NCBI GenBank assembly: GCA_002256025.1 | Contig: NKIB01014626.1 | Coordinates: 1 to 41,988, forward strand | Source: Asterionella formosa | Taxonomy: Eukaryota | Direction: 5' to 3' | DNA: 41,988 nucleotides | Part shown: in pieces, positions 10,418 to 22,698 of the stretch | Layout: every line of letters starts with the position of its first letter | Numbering within the stretch: the stretch's first letter is position 1 | Translations under genes and position numbers: made by a program | The notes under the pieces: generated by a model | Seen by the model: the letters and a program-made list of their open reading frames with translations, nothing else | Databases searched by the model: none | Told to the model about the DNA's origin: nothing

Positions 10418-12236
10418 TCTCGTTTGGATGTCTTTTATTTCCTGCATTGACATTCCAACCTCGTCCTTGCAAAGCTTGATTCCGGCGTCTGTAGCCATTA
10501 CCAAACACGCCACAAGCATTACCCCAACGATTTCATTTCCTGTAATCTTTGGGAAACATCTATGGAATCCACCATAAAAATTGCCCCTTGGCATATCCTG
10601 ATAGCTTTGATGTTGCATCAGCCATCTTTGACAATTTTATGAATAATGTATCAAAAGCGGTTCTATTTTTCAACCCCTGAGCAGAGGTAACAGTGCCGAA
10701 CTTTACCGAGAACCACAGTAGAATGAGATAACGCATCATACCCTCATGTATTGAGTGCAACTTTTCAGGAGGGCAATGGCCATTGATTCCCAATGGATCT
10801 CCACCAAAATCCAACGCACACCAGCAAGGTATGATAAAATGTTGTGACACAGCATCCATTAGTGCTTTTTCATTCATTCCTAATAGGGCAGTATAACCCA
10901 CTTTCCCTCCTACTGGAGAGCATTTGATTGATGGTATATCTAAACTGTTGTATGAACAATCACATTCCCAACAGAGACGAAAAGTTTTCAGGTAATATGT
11001 AATCCTTCCACACTCATTATCCAATCCTTCCGCATTGCCAAGCACCAACCCGACCGTTACCTTTACAACCAGGCTAGTATGCTGTTTGCCTGGAAATTGA
11101 TACTTGAAGCCACCAGATTTCTGCGTCTCTTAACTCCCGGCAATATAATTGCCAAAATTGTATGATAATCCTTGCACTTATCGTTGGCAGTCATATTTTT
11201 GTTCATCGCAAGACTCTGACCATCAAGTTTTGGGATACTAAGACCAAGGGGGCGCCAAGCAATGACTTTGTTCCTTACAGTTGTACAGAAAATCCCAAGA
11301 GAAAAAAACTGGCTCCATGGTGAATTAAGATTTTTCTACAGTGTTTGTTCTATCAATGAAAAACATGAGAAGGACGAGAAAATCATTGGGTTGAATGCAC
11401 AGGCAGGTGTGAGTGTCAATCCACCAGCTCCCGGTGTGTAATTCTGAATGGACATCAGACGGTTGTGGAGCCTTGCAGGGATCAGAAAAATCAAAAGAAA
11501 CATTGTTATTGGGATGCATTAATCTGGGATTGGAAAGTAAGCTCTTGATTGCAACAAGAAAATCAAAGCAAACAACGTCGACACTTCTACCACAGTGGAG
11601 GGTGACTGCCTTCTTAACATATGGCTTTTGGTCTTCCATCTCGAACCGGGTAAACAGATCTCTGAGATATGTGTTTCGACATAGAGGTAAAACTTCTAAA
11701 ATCGTCATTTCTGCCATTTTAGAAGAGACATGCCATTAAAGAATTGCATCATAAAGATATAATGATGACCTACTACCAAGTAAAATGCTAAGTAGCTCCG
11801 TTTTTACATCATCCTTTTGTGTGTAGGCTGTACCTGGATCTTCTTGGCAAAATCGGAAGTTGGTAGGGTTTACAACGTCGTTTATTTCTCTGTTCTGAAT
11901 GATTGGACTGTTAATAGCGGCAGCATCATGATCTATTAAACTATCAAGGAATAAACCATGATCATAGTCATCGTCATCAAAACAAACTGTTTGAACGAAA
12001 TCAATGGCTGGTGGCGATTGTTTCAGGAATTTTGCAAGGGGGTCTTGAGAGTGGTGTCTTCCATCTCTTGGCGAAGCAGCTACCATTGATGATGTCTGCG
12101 ATGCTTGAATCTGAGATTGAATTGTATACTGTTGTCCACACGAGGGGCTGTGTCTGTGATGATCACGAATTGATTTAAAAGGACCTTTATCACAGAATTT
12201 ACATTTGTCCTTGTCGTTATTGTCACACAGATCCAT
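10418..12236 (-). mobile_element. Decayed Plavaka-like (CMC/CACTA-related) transposase
   Basis: Frameshifted fragments read ELHTGSWW..LMFFIDRT, LGNAEGLDNECG..CWECDC, CPPEKLHSIHEG, HQSYQDMPR..KITGNE. An N-terminal zinc-finger-like CKFC..HHRHSPSC is present. The sequence is C-terminally truncated near 10418. The motif order is the same as at 39701-41310. Confidence 0.72.
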
Positions 12237-12970
12237 GATGCTTTCTGTCGTTGGTTGCAGTGCTGTGTTGGTGAGAAAAATAAGAACAACTGATAGCTAA
12301 AGTTTGCATAACAAGTATCAGTATCAGTCTCTAATGTGCTTTAGGCTTCTGGATTGGCAACTTAAATGGACCTTCGGCACATATTTAGCAAACAATAACA
12401 TCCTTGTCAGCAGACATGATTCCAGTGTTGATTTTGAGTAATAATAATCACGTAGTACAGTTACCTAGTACCGGTAGGAACCTACATTACATGAAAACTG
12501 GGAAGAGTGAGCTTTTTTACCGGAAAAGCGTGAGTTCTTTATGTGATGTGGCTGTACAACGGTAAAACTTTGATCTCAGATGCATGACATTAGAAATCAC
12601 AAATATTCTTACTATTTCACTAAGTAAAATGCGTGTCGTGAATGAATTAGCCTCAAGATCAGGATCTTAGTTGAACTTTCAAATGAATTGTTTGAAACAT
12701 CGACTAATTCAGTCTCGCGTTCAAAATTCATTGTGAAAATTTCACATGAAACAGTTAAAACTTCACATGAATTCGTTAAAAGTGATCTGTTTTGCGTGAA
12801 GAGTGGCATTAATGCATGTGAAGTATCACATAATTAACATTCGTACGTAGACGAAATTTCGAAAAGTGGCGTATTTCGCTGCTGAGATGCAGGTGATCAT
12901 GGCATTCCAACATGAGTATCAAACGAAGGGCAAAAGTGCAGGAAATTCGGTATTAGAGGTTACTAAGCTC

Positions 12971-13012
12971 CTTAATTATGTCAATTCATCTCTTAATTAT
13001 GTCAATTCATCT
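12971..13012 (+). repeat. Perfect 21-bp tandem duplication
   Basis: cttaattatgtcaattcatct occurs twice in a row. Confidence 0.95.
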
Positions 13013-14900
13013 GAATGGGAGTCTTCAATGTTTCCCATTGAAGAAGAAGCTAAAATGTGGTGGAAGTCGGGGATGTGATGGTCACAGTGCTGGCTGATTC
13101 TGTGACATCACCTTTCTTAGTAGTGCTTCACCTTAAAATTAGATAAAAAGTTTCTCTAATTATTACTATTTTTGATTCACCTGTAAAAGTACTATGGCTA
13201 GGAGCATAGTTTCATTGACGGTTGCTTGGGTTTTAAATGCTGACACCTGAGATGTCATCTGACTAGGGTGATGAGTTGCGACTGGTCACTTCATATCCAA
13301 TGAATTTGTCCATTCTGAGATTTAATTTCAAAAATTTTCATCCATTGATGCAATTTGTTTGTGCGACTCTTGTTAAAGATTTTCTAGTACATGTTTCTGG
13401 TCCGCTGTCTCCTTTTATCGTTAGTTGAATGGTGACTTCCTTACCTGCCATGAACTCAAACGAGTTGACATTCTGTTTCCTGCGGTTTGTTTCATTGGAG
13501 TTTTTGCCTTGTTCGTGACCTCCTAGTATTTCTGGAGGCCGTTTACCACTTTTTTCCATTGGTGTTTTCTTGAACCTTGTCAACAGTGCGTTCACTTGAT
13601 TTTTCTTCTTCCTTTGTTTGAGCTCCTCCAAAAATGGGAACCTGTTTCATCGAATAGTCTTTGTGGGAGGTGCCGCCCCTTGAAACTCCTGTAGGATCAA
13701 ATCATTGAATTCGCTTTGATCGTTGGAGTGCTAGCACTTCTTGTGACTTGGGGTAAATTATGATTGGGATACCCATGGAGGTATAGTCTGAATCGGAAAG
13801 AATACATTATTTGCACAAAGAAAGAGTCTGAAAATTAACAAACCGTCAGTCAGGGGAATTCATGACTTTGCTCACAATTCGAATTTTCTAGTCACGTACT
13901 AAAGAACATGCAGTTTATTGTTACATTTCCATATGTATGTCTATATTTAACTTCGAGATGACCTGCTCAAGATTCCAAAGATATATGAAACTATGACAAT
14001 TAGTATGTACATGATAGTCAGCAGTACAAAATTATCCCTTGAGGTACTTTCTTACATTTTGAGATGTTGCTCCCTCCCCGAGATTTCTATTGCTCAAGTT
14101 ATCTCGTTAATTTGAACATTAGATAAAAAATAATCATCTAGTAAAAATTATTAAGCTAGCCACTGCGGACTCAACGATCTCTCGCTTTTGTTCGCTCGTA
14201 TCCTCAAAAATGAGAACACGATGGCGAAAACAAATTCTAGCGGCAATTTCAAATTTTTGTTAAGGATATTGGCGTAAAAAATCTATTATTGAGCGATTAC
14301 CTCGTCTATGTTAGGCTAGATACGCACACGAACGAAATAGCAATAGTTCATGCATTGTCAATCTTCTAAGAGATATTCAGTCCAACAATTTCGTCATGGT
14401 CAAGACGGAGTTGCTGTCTCATCATCCCCCTACTACAGCTTTATAAATCAAATTTACTTATGTAGCTATGTGAAACATATATAATATTTCGGTATAAATA
14501 TTAGTATAATTTGAGCTGGAACCACCGGTAGTCCTATGTATAGATATGAAACCATGCATACCGCCAGTAGTACCAATACTGCTACCTGGTACCTGGCTGG
14601 TACCTGGTACTCTAGCTACTAAACTACCGGTACTGACCATATAGCTGTACAGAAGATTTTCACATACCGTAGTATGATTGTAAGAACAACATGCATTTGT
14701 CGAGGATTTTGTAACAAGCATAGTACTGTACCTGGTACCGGGTAACAGCACTACGATTTTTGATGATTGCTGCTGTAACTAGCTAGTACTATAATAGTGT
14801 TTTTTAAACTCGCCTTAATACTTAGCTAAAAGTATACTCCTGTCATATATATTACGTGATGCATCTTTTTTTGATGTAATGTCATACCCTTAAATACAGG

Positions 14901-14996
14901 CAAATAAACCAGTACTATTGTGTCCATCTATTTGGTGGGCCCGAATGCAATTATTGGATAGTTTTTTTGTGCTATAAAATTTAATTGACTTATTTT
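14901..14996 (+). mobile_element. 3' fragment of the SINE-like family
   Basis: caaataaaccagtactattgtgtccatcta..tttggtgggcccgaatgcaattattggatag..aaaatttaattgac aligns with the reverse complement of 34120-34232 and with the 3' part of 6662-6887. Confidence 0.72.
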
Positions 14997-15950
14997 CAAT
15001 GGATGTAGTTTCAGTCAACTTGATCCGTCATAAAAAAGAGGATTATGTTTTAAGTTTGCACAGCACTCTTACTTACATATTATGAATCAAAAATTCATGA
15101 TCCTGCAGGGGGGGGGGGAATCTCTGCAACCACCGCCAGAACCACAACCATTTTACCATCCAGCATAGACTTCTAGCTCCAGATCAGCGTTGACTGAATC
15201 AAATTTGCTCTGGTAGTCGCCTCGATGTTGTTGGGCTTGCTGTACTATGCTTCCACAGCAACAATATTTTGCTTCTGCCTGATGCAGAGATTTTTTTTGG
15301 TCGTCATGCTGATGATTCCGCAGAAAATGATTTGGTTGGCTAACCTCAATTTCTGTCACGATCGAAGTCGTAGAACCTACACAAATTATTAGATCGCAGA
15401 ATAAGGTACAAAATTGTACACTCCGCCCAGAAATTACTCTTGAAGTCATCACGAATTCGGGCGCGCCAGCGCTCCAAAAATTGAGATTCAATTGATCCTA
15501 TGTACAAACCGATTGAACCTACATAAAACAATTTATCTTTTAATGTTGCTTTTTATGTTTTCGACTACATATTGAGAAAATGAAAGTGAGGTTGGTTAAT
15601 TATTTTTTTTGATGATCAAAAAGCGAAGGTACAATATCTTGCACTCCTCTCTAAGTAAAATCAGTCGTGGCTGTATAAATTGTGGATGTACGAGACACCA
15701 GGTTTTACGGTATGTTGTACTGTTAGTACCGGTATCTGGTACTGGTAGTTCGAATTGGTCGCCGGCCTTTCAGTCGAATCCTCATTCTTGTTTCTGCGCG
15801 CATATCATCCTCAGGTCAACAAATTTACTACCGGTACGGGTACCGGTACTAGCTGAATCCTGTTCTGTGGTAACAACAAAAACGAGAACTGTCACAGAAC
15901 AGAGGTTACCATATTTTGTATTTTTGAAGTGATTGCGGACAGCTATTATC

Positions 15951-16898
15951 ATGAAGGCCAGCAATGGAAAGTGGAGTGCTCGATGGAGCCATCCAGTTCC
16001 GCACGATAATATGTATTACGGTAAATGTGTGATTGGCGGTATTATTTCTTGTGGGGTGACTCATACAGCGATAACGCCCCTCGATGTTGTCAAATGCAAC
16101 ATGCAAGTGAACCCTATGAAATATACCAGCATGATGGGAGGATTAAGAACCATTATTGCCGAAGAAGGAGCGAGAGGTATCTTTAAGGGATGGGCTCCGA
16201 CTGCGATTGGCTATTCCCTCCAGGGCGCAGGAAAATTTGGGTTGTATGAATTGTTCAAGGATGTCTACTCTACCATAGCAGGCGAGGAGAATGCCTTCCA
16301 GTACCGAGGCTTCATTTATCTGGCAGGAGCTGCATCTGCCGAGTTCTGTGCTGATATCCTTTTGTGTCCAATGGAAATGACGAAAGTGAAAGTTCAAACT
16401 AGTCCTGCGGGAACCTTTCCTACTAGCCTTGGACCGGCCTTGAATCAGATGCGAGCTACATCCGCTGAGACGCGTTTCCCGTTTGGAAGCCTGGTTCCTC
16501 TTTGGGGTCGTCAGATTCCTTACACTATGGCCAAGTTCTTTTTCTTCGAAAAGATTGTCGAAGCCTTTTACACTCATGTTTTTACTGCTCCCAAAGACTC
16601 GTACCCTCAGACAACTCAGCTCGGGATCACATTTGCTTCTGGTTATCTTGCAGGAATTATATGTGCGATTGTGTCTCATCCTGCCGACTCTGTGGTGAGT
16701 TTGATGGGCAAAACAGAACACAAAGGCAAGAGTATGGGTCAAATTGCTGGAGAGGTAGGCCTGAAAAACTTGGCTACCAAAGGTCTTGGTACTCGTATTT
16801 TGATGATCGGTACATTGACTGGCTTTCAGTGGTGGATTTATGATACCTTTAAAACCATGTTGGGCATGGGCACCACGGGAGGTGTGGTTAAGAAGTAA
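15951..16898 (+). CDS. SLC25A3: Mitochondrial phosphate carrier (SLC25A3/MIR1-PIC2 family), 315 aa
   Basis: Three carrier repeats with PLDVVK, PMEMTK and PADSVV, plus family-typical CGVTHTAITP, GYSLQGAGKFGLYE, RQIPYTMAKF and MIGTLTGFQWWIYD. The first in-frame ATG is at 15951. Confidence 0.95.
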   Translation: MKASNGKWSARWSHPVPHDNMYYGKCVIGGIISCGVTHTAITPLDVVKCNMQVNPMKYTSMMGGLRTIIAEEGARGIFKGWAPTAIGYSLQGAGKFGLYELFKDVYSTIAGEENAFQYRGFIYLAGAASAEFCADILLCPMEMTKVKVQTSPAGTFPTSLGPALNQMRATSAETRFPFGSLVPLWGRQIPYTMAKFFFFEKIVEAFYTHVFTAPKDSYPQTTQLGITFASGYLAGIICAIVSHPADSVVSLMGKTEHKGKSMGQIAGEVGLKNLATKGLGTRILMIGTLTGFQWWIYDTFKTMLGMGTTGGVVKK

Positions 16899-17926
16899 GT
16901 ACATTCCCTTATAAGCCTTGAGCTCATTGGCAAATGTAGAGACATGCAGCACCCACCCAGAATGAGGCAAGAGTCCAGCACGACATGGCAGATTCAATAA
17001 TTGTTAAGTATTTGTAGAATTTGATCACGTCTGAAACACGAACCATAACTTGAATGCTAGGATTGATTGTGTACGCTTGATGATTAATTATTCATGCAGG
17101 TCTGCTTGGCAAAGAATCATCCAATCAGTTCGCAAATACCTACTAGTGAAATTATGAGAGTTCGTGGGTAGACCAATGTTCTGATAGCTAGTGTTGACTG
17201 CAACTTACAATTGCAACTGCTAACTGATACAAAATGCTATTGTATGTTGTCTGAGTGGTTTTTTCCCACTTCCTCTTTATACATTCTCCTTGCCTCTAAT
17301 ACTAAGGTACACTCCCATGTCTGAAAATATAGGATAAGGATGCATTCCGGATACCGGGAATAACAGTATCTGGTACCAGTGCCCGTACGGTGGGAAGTTT
17401 ATTTCCATGAAAGCATGGATTCTAGAATATTGGAATGTGGTGCTTTTTCGACACCATTGCAGCTATGAAACACACCCATATTATGTGCATATACCGGTAT
17501 TCCTGTATATATATACAACATACCGGTAATCATTTGTAAATAGTGTATCAGACGACGTACCGGTAACTACGACGTACAGGTAAATTTGTTGCTTCGCCTA
17601 AAATGGGCGGCTGACCTTCAGTTTCCCCACCAATTTTTGGCTTCTTGCAGTACCAGTACGTACCACCAGGTTGAACTCCGAATTTCACAACCACATTTAC
17701 TGGTATTCATGTACTGCATGCTTACCGGTAATTGTTTAGGCGACAAGTATTTGTCAGTTTCAGCGTATATACCGGAATGACTACTGTATTTACTTTGCAA
17801 CTGGAAGTACATAGCAACCTGCAAGCGTTGAGCTTTTCTGATAAAATGCCATGCACGACCGGTATACCGGTAGGTGTACGCATTCCTAATGTGTATGCAT
17901 TCCAATTATGTTACGGTAGGCTGAAA

Positions 17927-18023
17927 CTTACGGTGCACGAAATACGAAGATCGAATATTGCGAAGCTATCGCGGCAAAATCTTCGATCTTTGTATTCGGG
18001 AAATTTTATGGCCACCTTACGGT
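17927..18023. repeat. Small MITE-like unit: 15-bp inverted repeat bracketed by 8-bp direct repeats
   Basis: AATACGAAGATCGAA (17941-17955) and TTCGATCTTTGTATT (17982-17996) match at 14/15. CTTACGGT occurs at 17927-17934 and 18016-18023. Confidence 0.5.
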
Positions 18024-18270
18024 CCCAATGATTAAATAGTATGTCAATCCATACGTCAAATGACCGATCTCGAGAATTGAAATTTATTTCCAACATGAAA
18101 AATAGTAGTCTCGTCTGCAGGAATATTGTGGTAATTAATTATAATGAAAATTGCCAACACTCAATGCTCCATTATCATCGTTGCTGTTGTTGTTTTAAGG
18201 TGATCGGCCTTCACATCGTCCTATCTCCTTTCTCCTCTGCTCCCACCACCAGCATCTCTCTATTATCACA

Positions 18271-19548
18271 ATGGCGACTGAAGGACCAACAGAATACTCA
18301 ACTGAGGAGGAGCATTCCTTTTGCGACCTTATTCGATATTGGATAGGCAGCCCCATTCAAGTGCACATGCTTCGAAGTGTGCAGATTGCCATTATATTTG
18401 CTGCTGGTTGTGAACTTCAACACAGGTTTGCATCTAGGGAGGAGAAGAAATTTCGAGATATGGCTGAAGCGTATTTTCGAATTCTGGATGAAGACCTCAA
18501 GGATGATATGTGTAATAACGCCATAAAAACTCAACTGCGATATGCATGGGGGTCCAAGGATAAGTCGAGCATGACTGGCGATACCTTATGGAGAAAGTGG
18601 CAGGAGATTAGAAACAAACAACAGTATCATTTCTAGTTCAAACATCGCCCAAGATTTGCACAAACTTCCAAGTGGACAAGGTTTGAAGGATGCATATTTC
18701 AAATTTGTCTGCAATATATACAAGCAAAGCTTCCAAAAGAAGAATACAATGTGTCAAATCATGATTGATGGAGTTAATCTACCTGGTCAATCAACCAGCA
18801 GACTCGAAATCATGGTTGTTCCAAGCCCACCCAATCATTGGGAATACAGGGATCCAACTTTGTGCTATTTGCTTACTTTAAAATTTTTCGGAAGAATATG
18901 CAATTGGTTCCAGATGTGAAAGACAGTGATGTTGTAAATATAATTCGACGAGAGACGCTGCTGGCAGATCGCGAAGAGAAGAGGAATAAGGAGCATGGAA
19001 GGAGCAACAAACGAAAGCATCATCATGATGAATATTCATCACCAAGCAAACAGAAAACCCCAACCATGATGGATATGTCGATGCTCAATTTTCAAGCAGC
19101 ACAAACTCGAAAGGGAAAAACTGATGAGATTGTTGCTCATCTTGATCTATATGAAAGATTCAAGCACATACTCCCTGAAGACAGATATCATGCAGCTGTT
19201 TTGATTTGTTTCGATAATCTAACTTTCCTACAAACTTATGATGTTGAGAGTACAAGTGTTTTGACTGACAAAAGTGTTGTCAGTGCAACAAGTGTCTTTG
19301 GAAATGAGCTCACTCCAACAAATACTACCCCAATTGAGCAAGATAAAGATCAAGGCCCAGGACTTGTTGGAGGCATTTGCACTGACTCCCAAGTCATGAA
19401 CAGTGAACACCTTTGCATTGATTGCAACAAATTTGTATGCTCCATTTGCTGTGATGGTTTTCGAAATCTACAGAACATTTGGTGTTGTGGTGCTTACTTT
19501 TCTATGCACAGCTCTGATGTTGCGGATTTAATTAGGCAACATAAATAG
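18271..19548 (+). pseudogene. Frameshifted accessory (putative DNA-binding) gene of the Harbinger element
   Basis: Three consecutive or overlapping ORFs in different frames converge on the transposase. Features include the Myb/SANT-like LWRKWQEIR segment, a basic NLS-like KRKHH and a C-terminal Cys cluster (HLCIDCNKFVCSICC..WCC). Confidence 0.55.
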
Positions 19549-19594
19549 TCATGAATATATTTTACTAAGAATATATATAGTTACATAACATATA

Positions 19595-20470
19595 TTAAGC
19601 TATCTTGCTAACTTGCTTCTTGTTACATCTTTTACGAAATCCGTCATAATGATCAACAAGTAGTTGAACTCTATTCCACCATTGACTTTGTTTACCCCCA
19701 GCCACTGTTTCATTCAAGAAGTTGCGGTGTGAAGTAACATGCGATTCCATGCAGTCACCTTGCACAGTATGCGCAATATGCTGTGTGTCAGAACTTTCAA
19801 AGTCAAGGTAACCATCGCTTTCTAATAGAATGTTATGGAGCATACAGCATGACGTGAACGCATTTTCGATATGCTCAGGTCGAGACAAGTTGTTCCTGTT
19901 CTTAAGAAATGACCATTGAATTTTCAACATACCAAAAGTACATTCAATATCTTTTCGAACTGACTCCACCATCATACCCCATGCCCTTTCTTTTCCATGT
20001 TCATTGCTGTATTTAATTGGACAAATCAACACTGGCCATCGTAGGTACCCTCCATCATAAATGAAATAGTAGCCTTTACAAGTAATAGAAGACTCAACAG
20101 TGAGCACATTCCACTCCTGCCTGTCAAGAAACGAATTTCTACTATCGTGTAGATTGGAAACAGCAGCATCAAACTTGACTATGTGTTTGTCATTTCTTGT
20201 TCCTGGGTGTAGGTAGCTGATTGATAAAATCTTTCTTCTGTGATCAGAAACCACCTCAAAAACAACTGAAGGATACCCCTTGGAACCTTTAAATATATTC
20301 TTCTGGTAGGCAGGACATCGATTCCATCCAATGTGCACACAATCGACTGAGCCTATACAACCTGGAAGCCCAATGGAACTGTAATCATTTGGAATTCGTT
20401 GCAGTTGGTCATCATCTTCCTCTTCCTCTCTCAGTATGTATACATATGCATCCATCTTTTCTGTAATCAC
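19595..20470 (-). mobile_element. PIF/Harbinger (HARBI1-like DDE) transposase, N-terminally truncated
   Basis: Motifs GLPGCIGSVDCVH (D1), GTRNDK, YDGGY (D2), SVRKDIECTFGMLK (E) and CCMLHNILL. The N-terminal HTH region is not recognisable upstream of about 20500. Confidence 0.9.
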
Positions 20471-20843
20471 AAGAAATGCCCCGAAACTATGTATGATTTT
20501 GACACCAGGACTAAGTGTGACGGGTACGCATCCGAGTCGGCTGGCGACGCCCTCCTTTGGTTAATAAAGCGCGATGTTGAGTACTGACATGTCCGCCGGG
20601 CCAGGCAATGCTGGCGCGTGACAGGAAGTCTATGGGCAGAATACATACATACTGGTTAAGTATTTATAACATGTAAAGAGAACAATGTTCGTCGCACAAA
20701 ATCCAAATTGACTCCCTCGACCAGTGGAAAGATGTCACCTACGTACACAAATGTACCTGTACTCATAGCTCCCCTCGCTCCGCCGAATGTGTCCATATGA
20801 TAGTGTCTGGTTTCTGAAGAAAACCCATGTATCAGTCAGAACC

Positions 20844-22698
20844 ATGAATATTAAGCTTTCCCTTGCCCTTGCGGCCTTGTTTCTCTCTCCTGTTGGTGCC
20901 CATGAAGGTGAGCCGCTTTGCAAACTGCGAATTGAACGAGAATGGAGCAATGAATGGTATCTGAGTGTCTAGCAGAATTGAGTCAGCCGAACTGCCGCTC
21001 CACATGGTACCTTTTCCACGCAATTCTACAGGTGGCACGAGTGCCCAACCATGGTTCGTTCGTTCCCATTGTGCTCACGGAACTGTTCCTCTCTTGCTTC
21101 CTCGGATGACAGGGCATGCACCTCACCAGCACCCTCCTCCTCCCTCTACTCGGATGTTGAGTGCCATGGACTCTGTGAAGGCTGCCTGCGAGATAGATGT
21201 ATTGTTCTTGTGCCCCATGCCGTCGGATTTCCCCTTGGCCCGCAGCGATTCTGTGCTGGAGTTTGCCTTGTCCCCCTTGGCTCCGCCTCCTTTGATCGTT
21301 GACTCCCAATTTCTGGACGACATGCTCAACAGCGTCTTGCATATGGCTGCGGATCAACCAATGGACACGTCCTGGACCGTGATTTATGATTCGAGAGACG
21401 AGCATCGCGAGCCCAAACAGCTCAAGTTGGCCAACGATGTGATCAGCTCGGCACAAGTTGCTGCAACACCAGAAAACTTTTTGGATTCCGTGGTGTCCAG
21501 CCTGGCGGACAAGCAAAAGGAGGCGACCGCAGAGACCTGGGACCCTGTTGACTTTTCCAAGCGCCTCGTGGAACACGGAGACGCGCTTTTGAAGGAACGC
21601 GACCTTCCTGAACAGAAGCGCCGTCTGGCACGCCGACTTTCGGAAACAACACCAGACCGTTTTAAGGGACCACGTCTCCCCCTTCCCTTTTCATGTCCTA
21701 AAAGCCGCTGCTTGATGGATGCCTACGAACAAGGTGCTGTCTCGAACTCGTGTTTCGATGCTCTCAAGGCCGCAGAGCAGGTCAGAGAAACGGAGAGTTC
21801 AACCGTTTCCTTTATGGTGGCGCATCAGGTGCCCGAGTCTGCTACTTTTCTCGGATTTTCCTTGCTCTGTACGTTTCTCTTGGTTTCCGCTCTTTTCTTG
21901 ACATTGCGTCAAGGAGCACACTTTCACCATGGCGCAATGCAACAACGACGTTTGAATAAAAAGATTCTTCAAGCGGTCTACTCGAACCCTGAACTCAAGA
22001 CTTCCATCGAATTTCAGCTCCAGGAAGAAATTGGAGCTGTACCTCCTCTCCCACCACATGTTCTTGCAACCATGGGTGGAACAAAGCCTCCCAAGGCGGT
22101 CATTTGTTGCACCAAGGCAATCTCCATGGCATTCTTCCCCGTGATGTTTGTCGTTTTCTTTGTCAACCCCGTCCTTGCAGTGCTTTCCCTGTGCGTTGCC
22201 ATGACAGTTCGTTTCTTGATGTGGGGAGTATGCCCCAATCCACCCGTCCTTATGTGCAAGTGCTGCTGTTGCGGTGTCACTACTGAAGATGTCAAGAATG
22301 ACACAGTATCCGCTGAACAAGCGTGCTGCACCTGCTGCAACGGCCTTGGAGTTTGCGGTCCACTTTGCATGTCGTGCTGTGGTGCCGACCCTGACGATGC
22401 ATGTGACTGCTGCACTGGTGACTGCGATTGTTGCAATCCTGAACCCGAGTGCACCTGCTGCTGCTGTGGATTAACAAATTGGAATGCCAAAAAGGGAATT
22501 ATGACCGACGAGCAGTCATGCTGCACTTGCTGCAATGCGACGGGGAACTGTGCTGATGGATGCGCCGCCTGTTGTGAAGGTGGATCTGGCTGTGCCTGCT
22601 GCAGTGAAGGCTGTGATTGCTGCTCAGGTGAATCATCTCCCAATGGCAAGAAAGCCAAGGTTTTTGTCTACCAAGGAATTCCCGTCCAAATGGTGTAA
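20844..22698 (+). CDS. 576-aa secretory-pathway membrane protein with about 3 TM helices and a Cys-rich C-terminal tail; exons 20844-20907 and 21032-22698
   Basis: Signal peptide MNIKLSLALAALFLSPVGA in exon 1. A GTGAGC...CTACAG intron (20908-21031) joins in frame to the long ORF. Hydrophobic segments are present, and the tail has 38 Cys in 123 aa. Confidence 0.85.

Noticed and set aside
12890..13800. Possible decayed gene on the minus strand (97-aa ORF 13338-13631)
   Set aside because: The ORF has no ATG start and no recognisable family, so it cannot be supported beyond a vague coding-like look.
16143..16997. 284-aa antisense ORF; similar cases at 20983-21576, 21799-22320 and 22014-22658
   Set aside because: These are shadow frames opposite well-supported genes and have no recognisable motifs.
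20965..21031. ORF-track N-terminus of the 577-aa protein
   Set aside because: It lies within the predicted intron and starts at a non-ATG codon. The true start is the signal-peptide exon at 20844.
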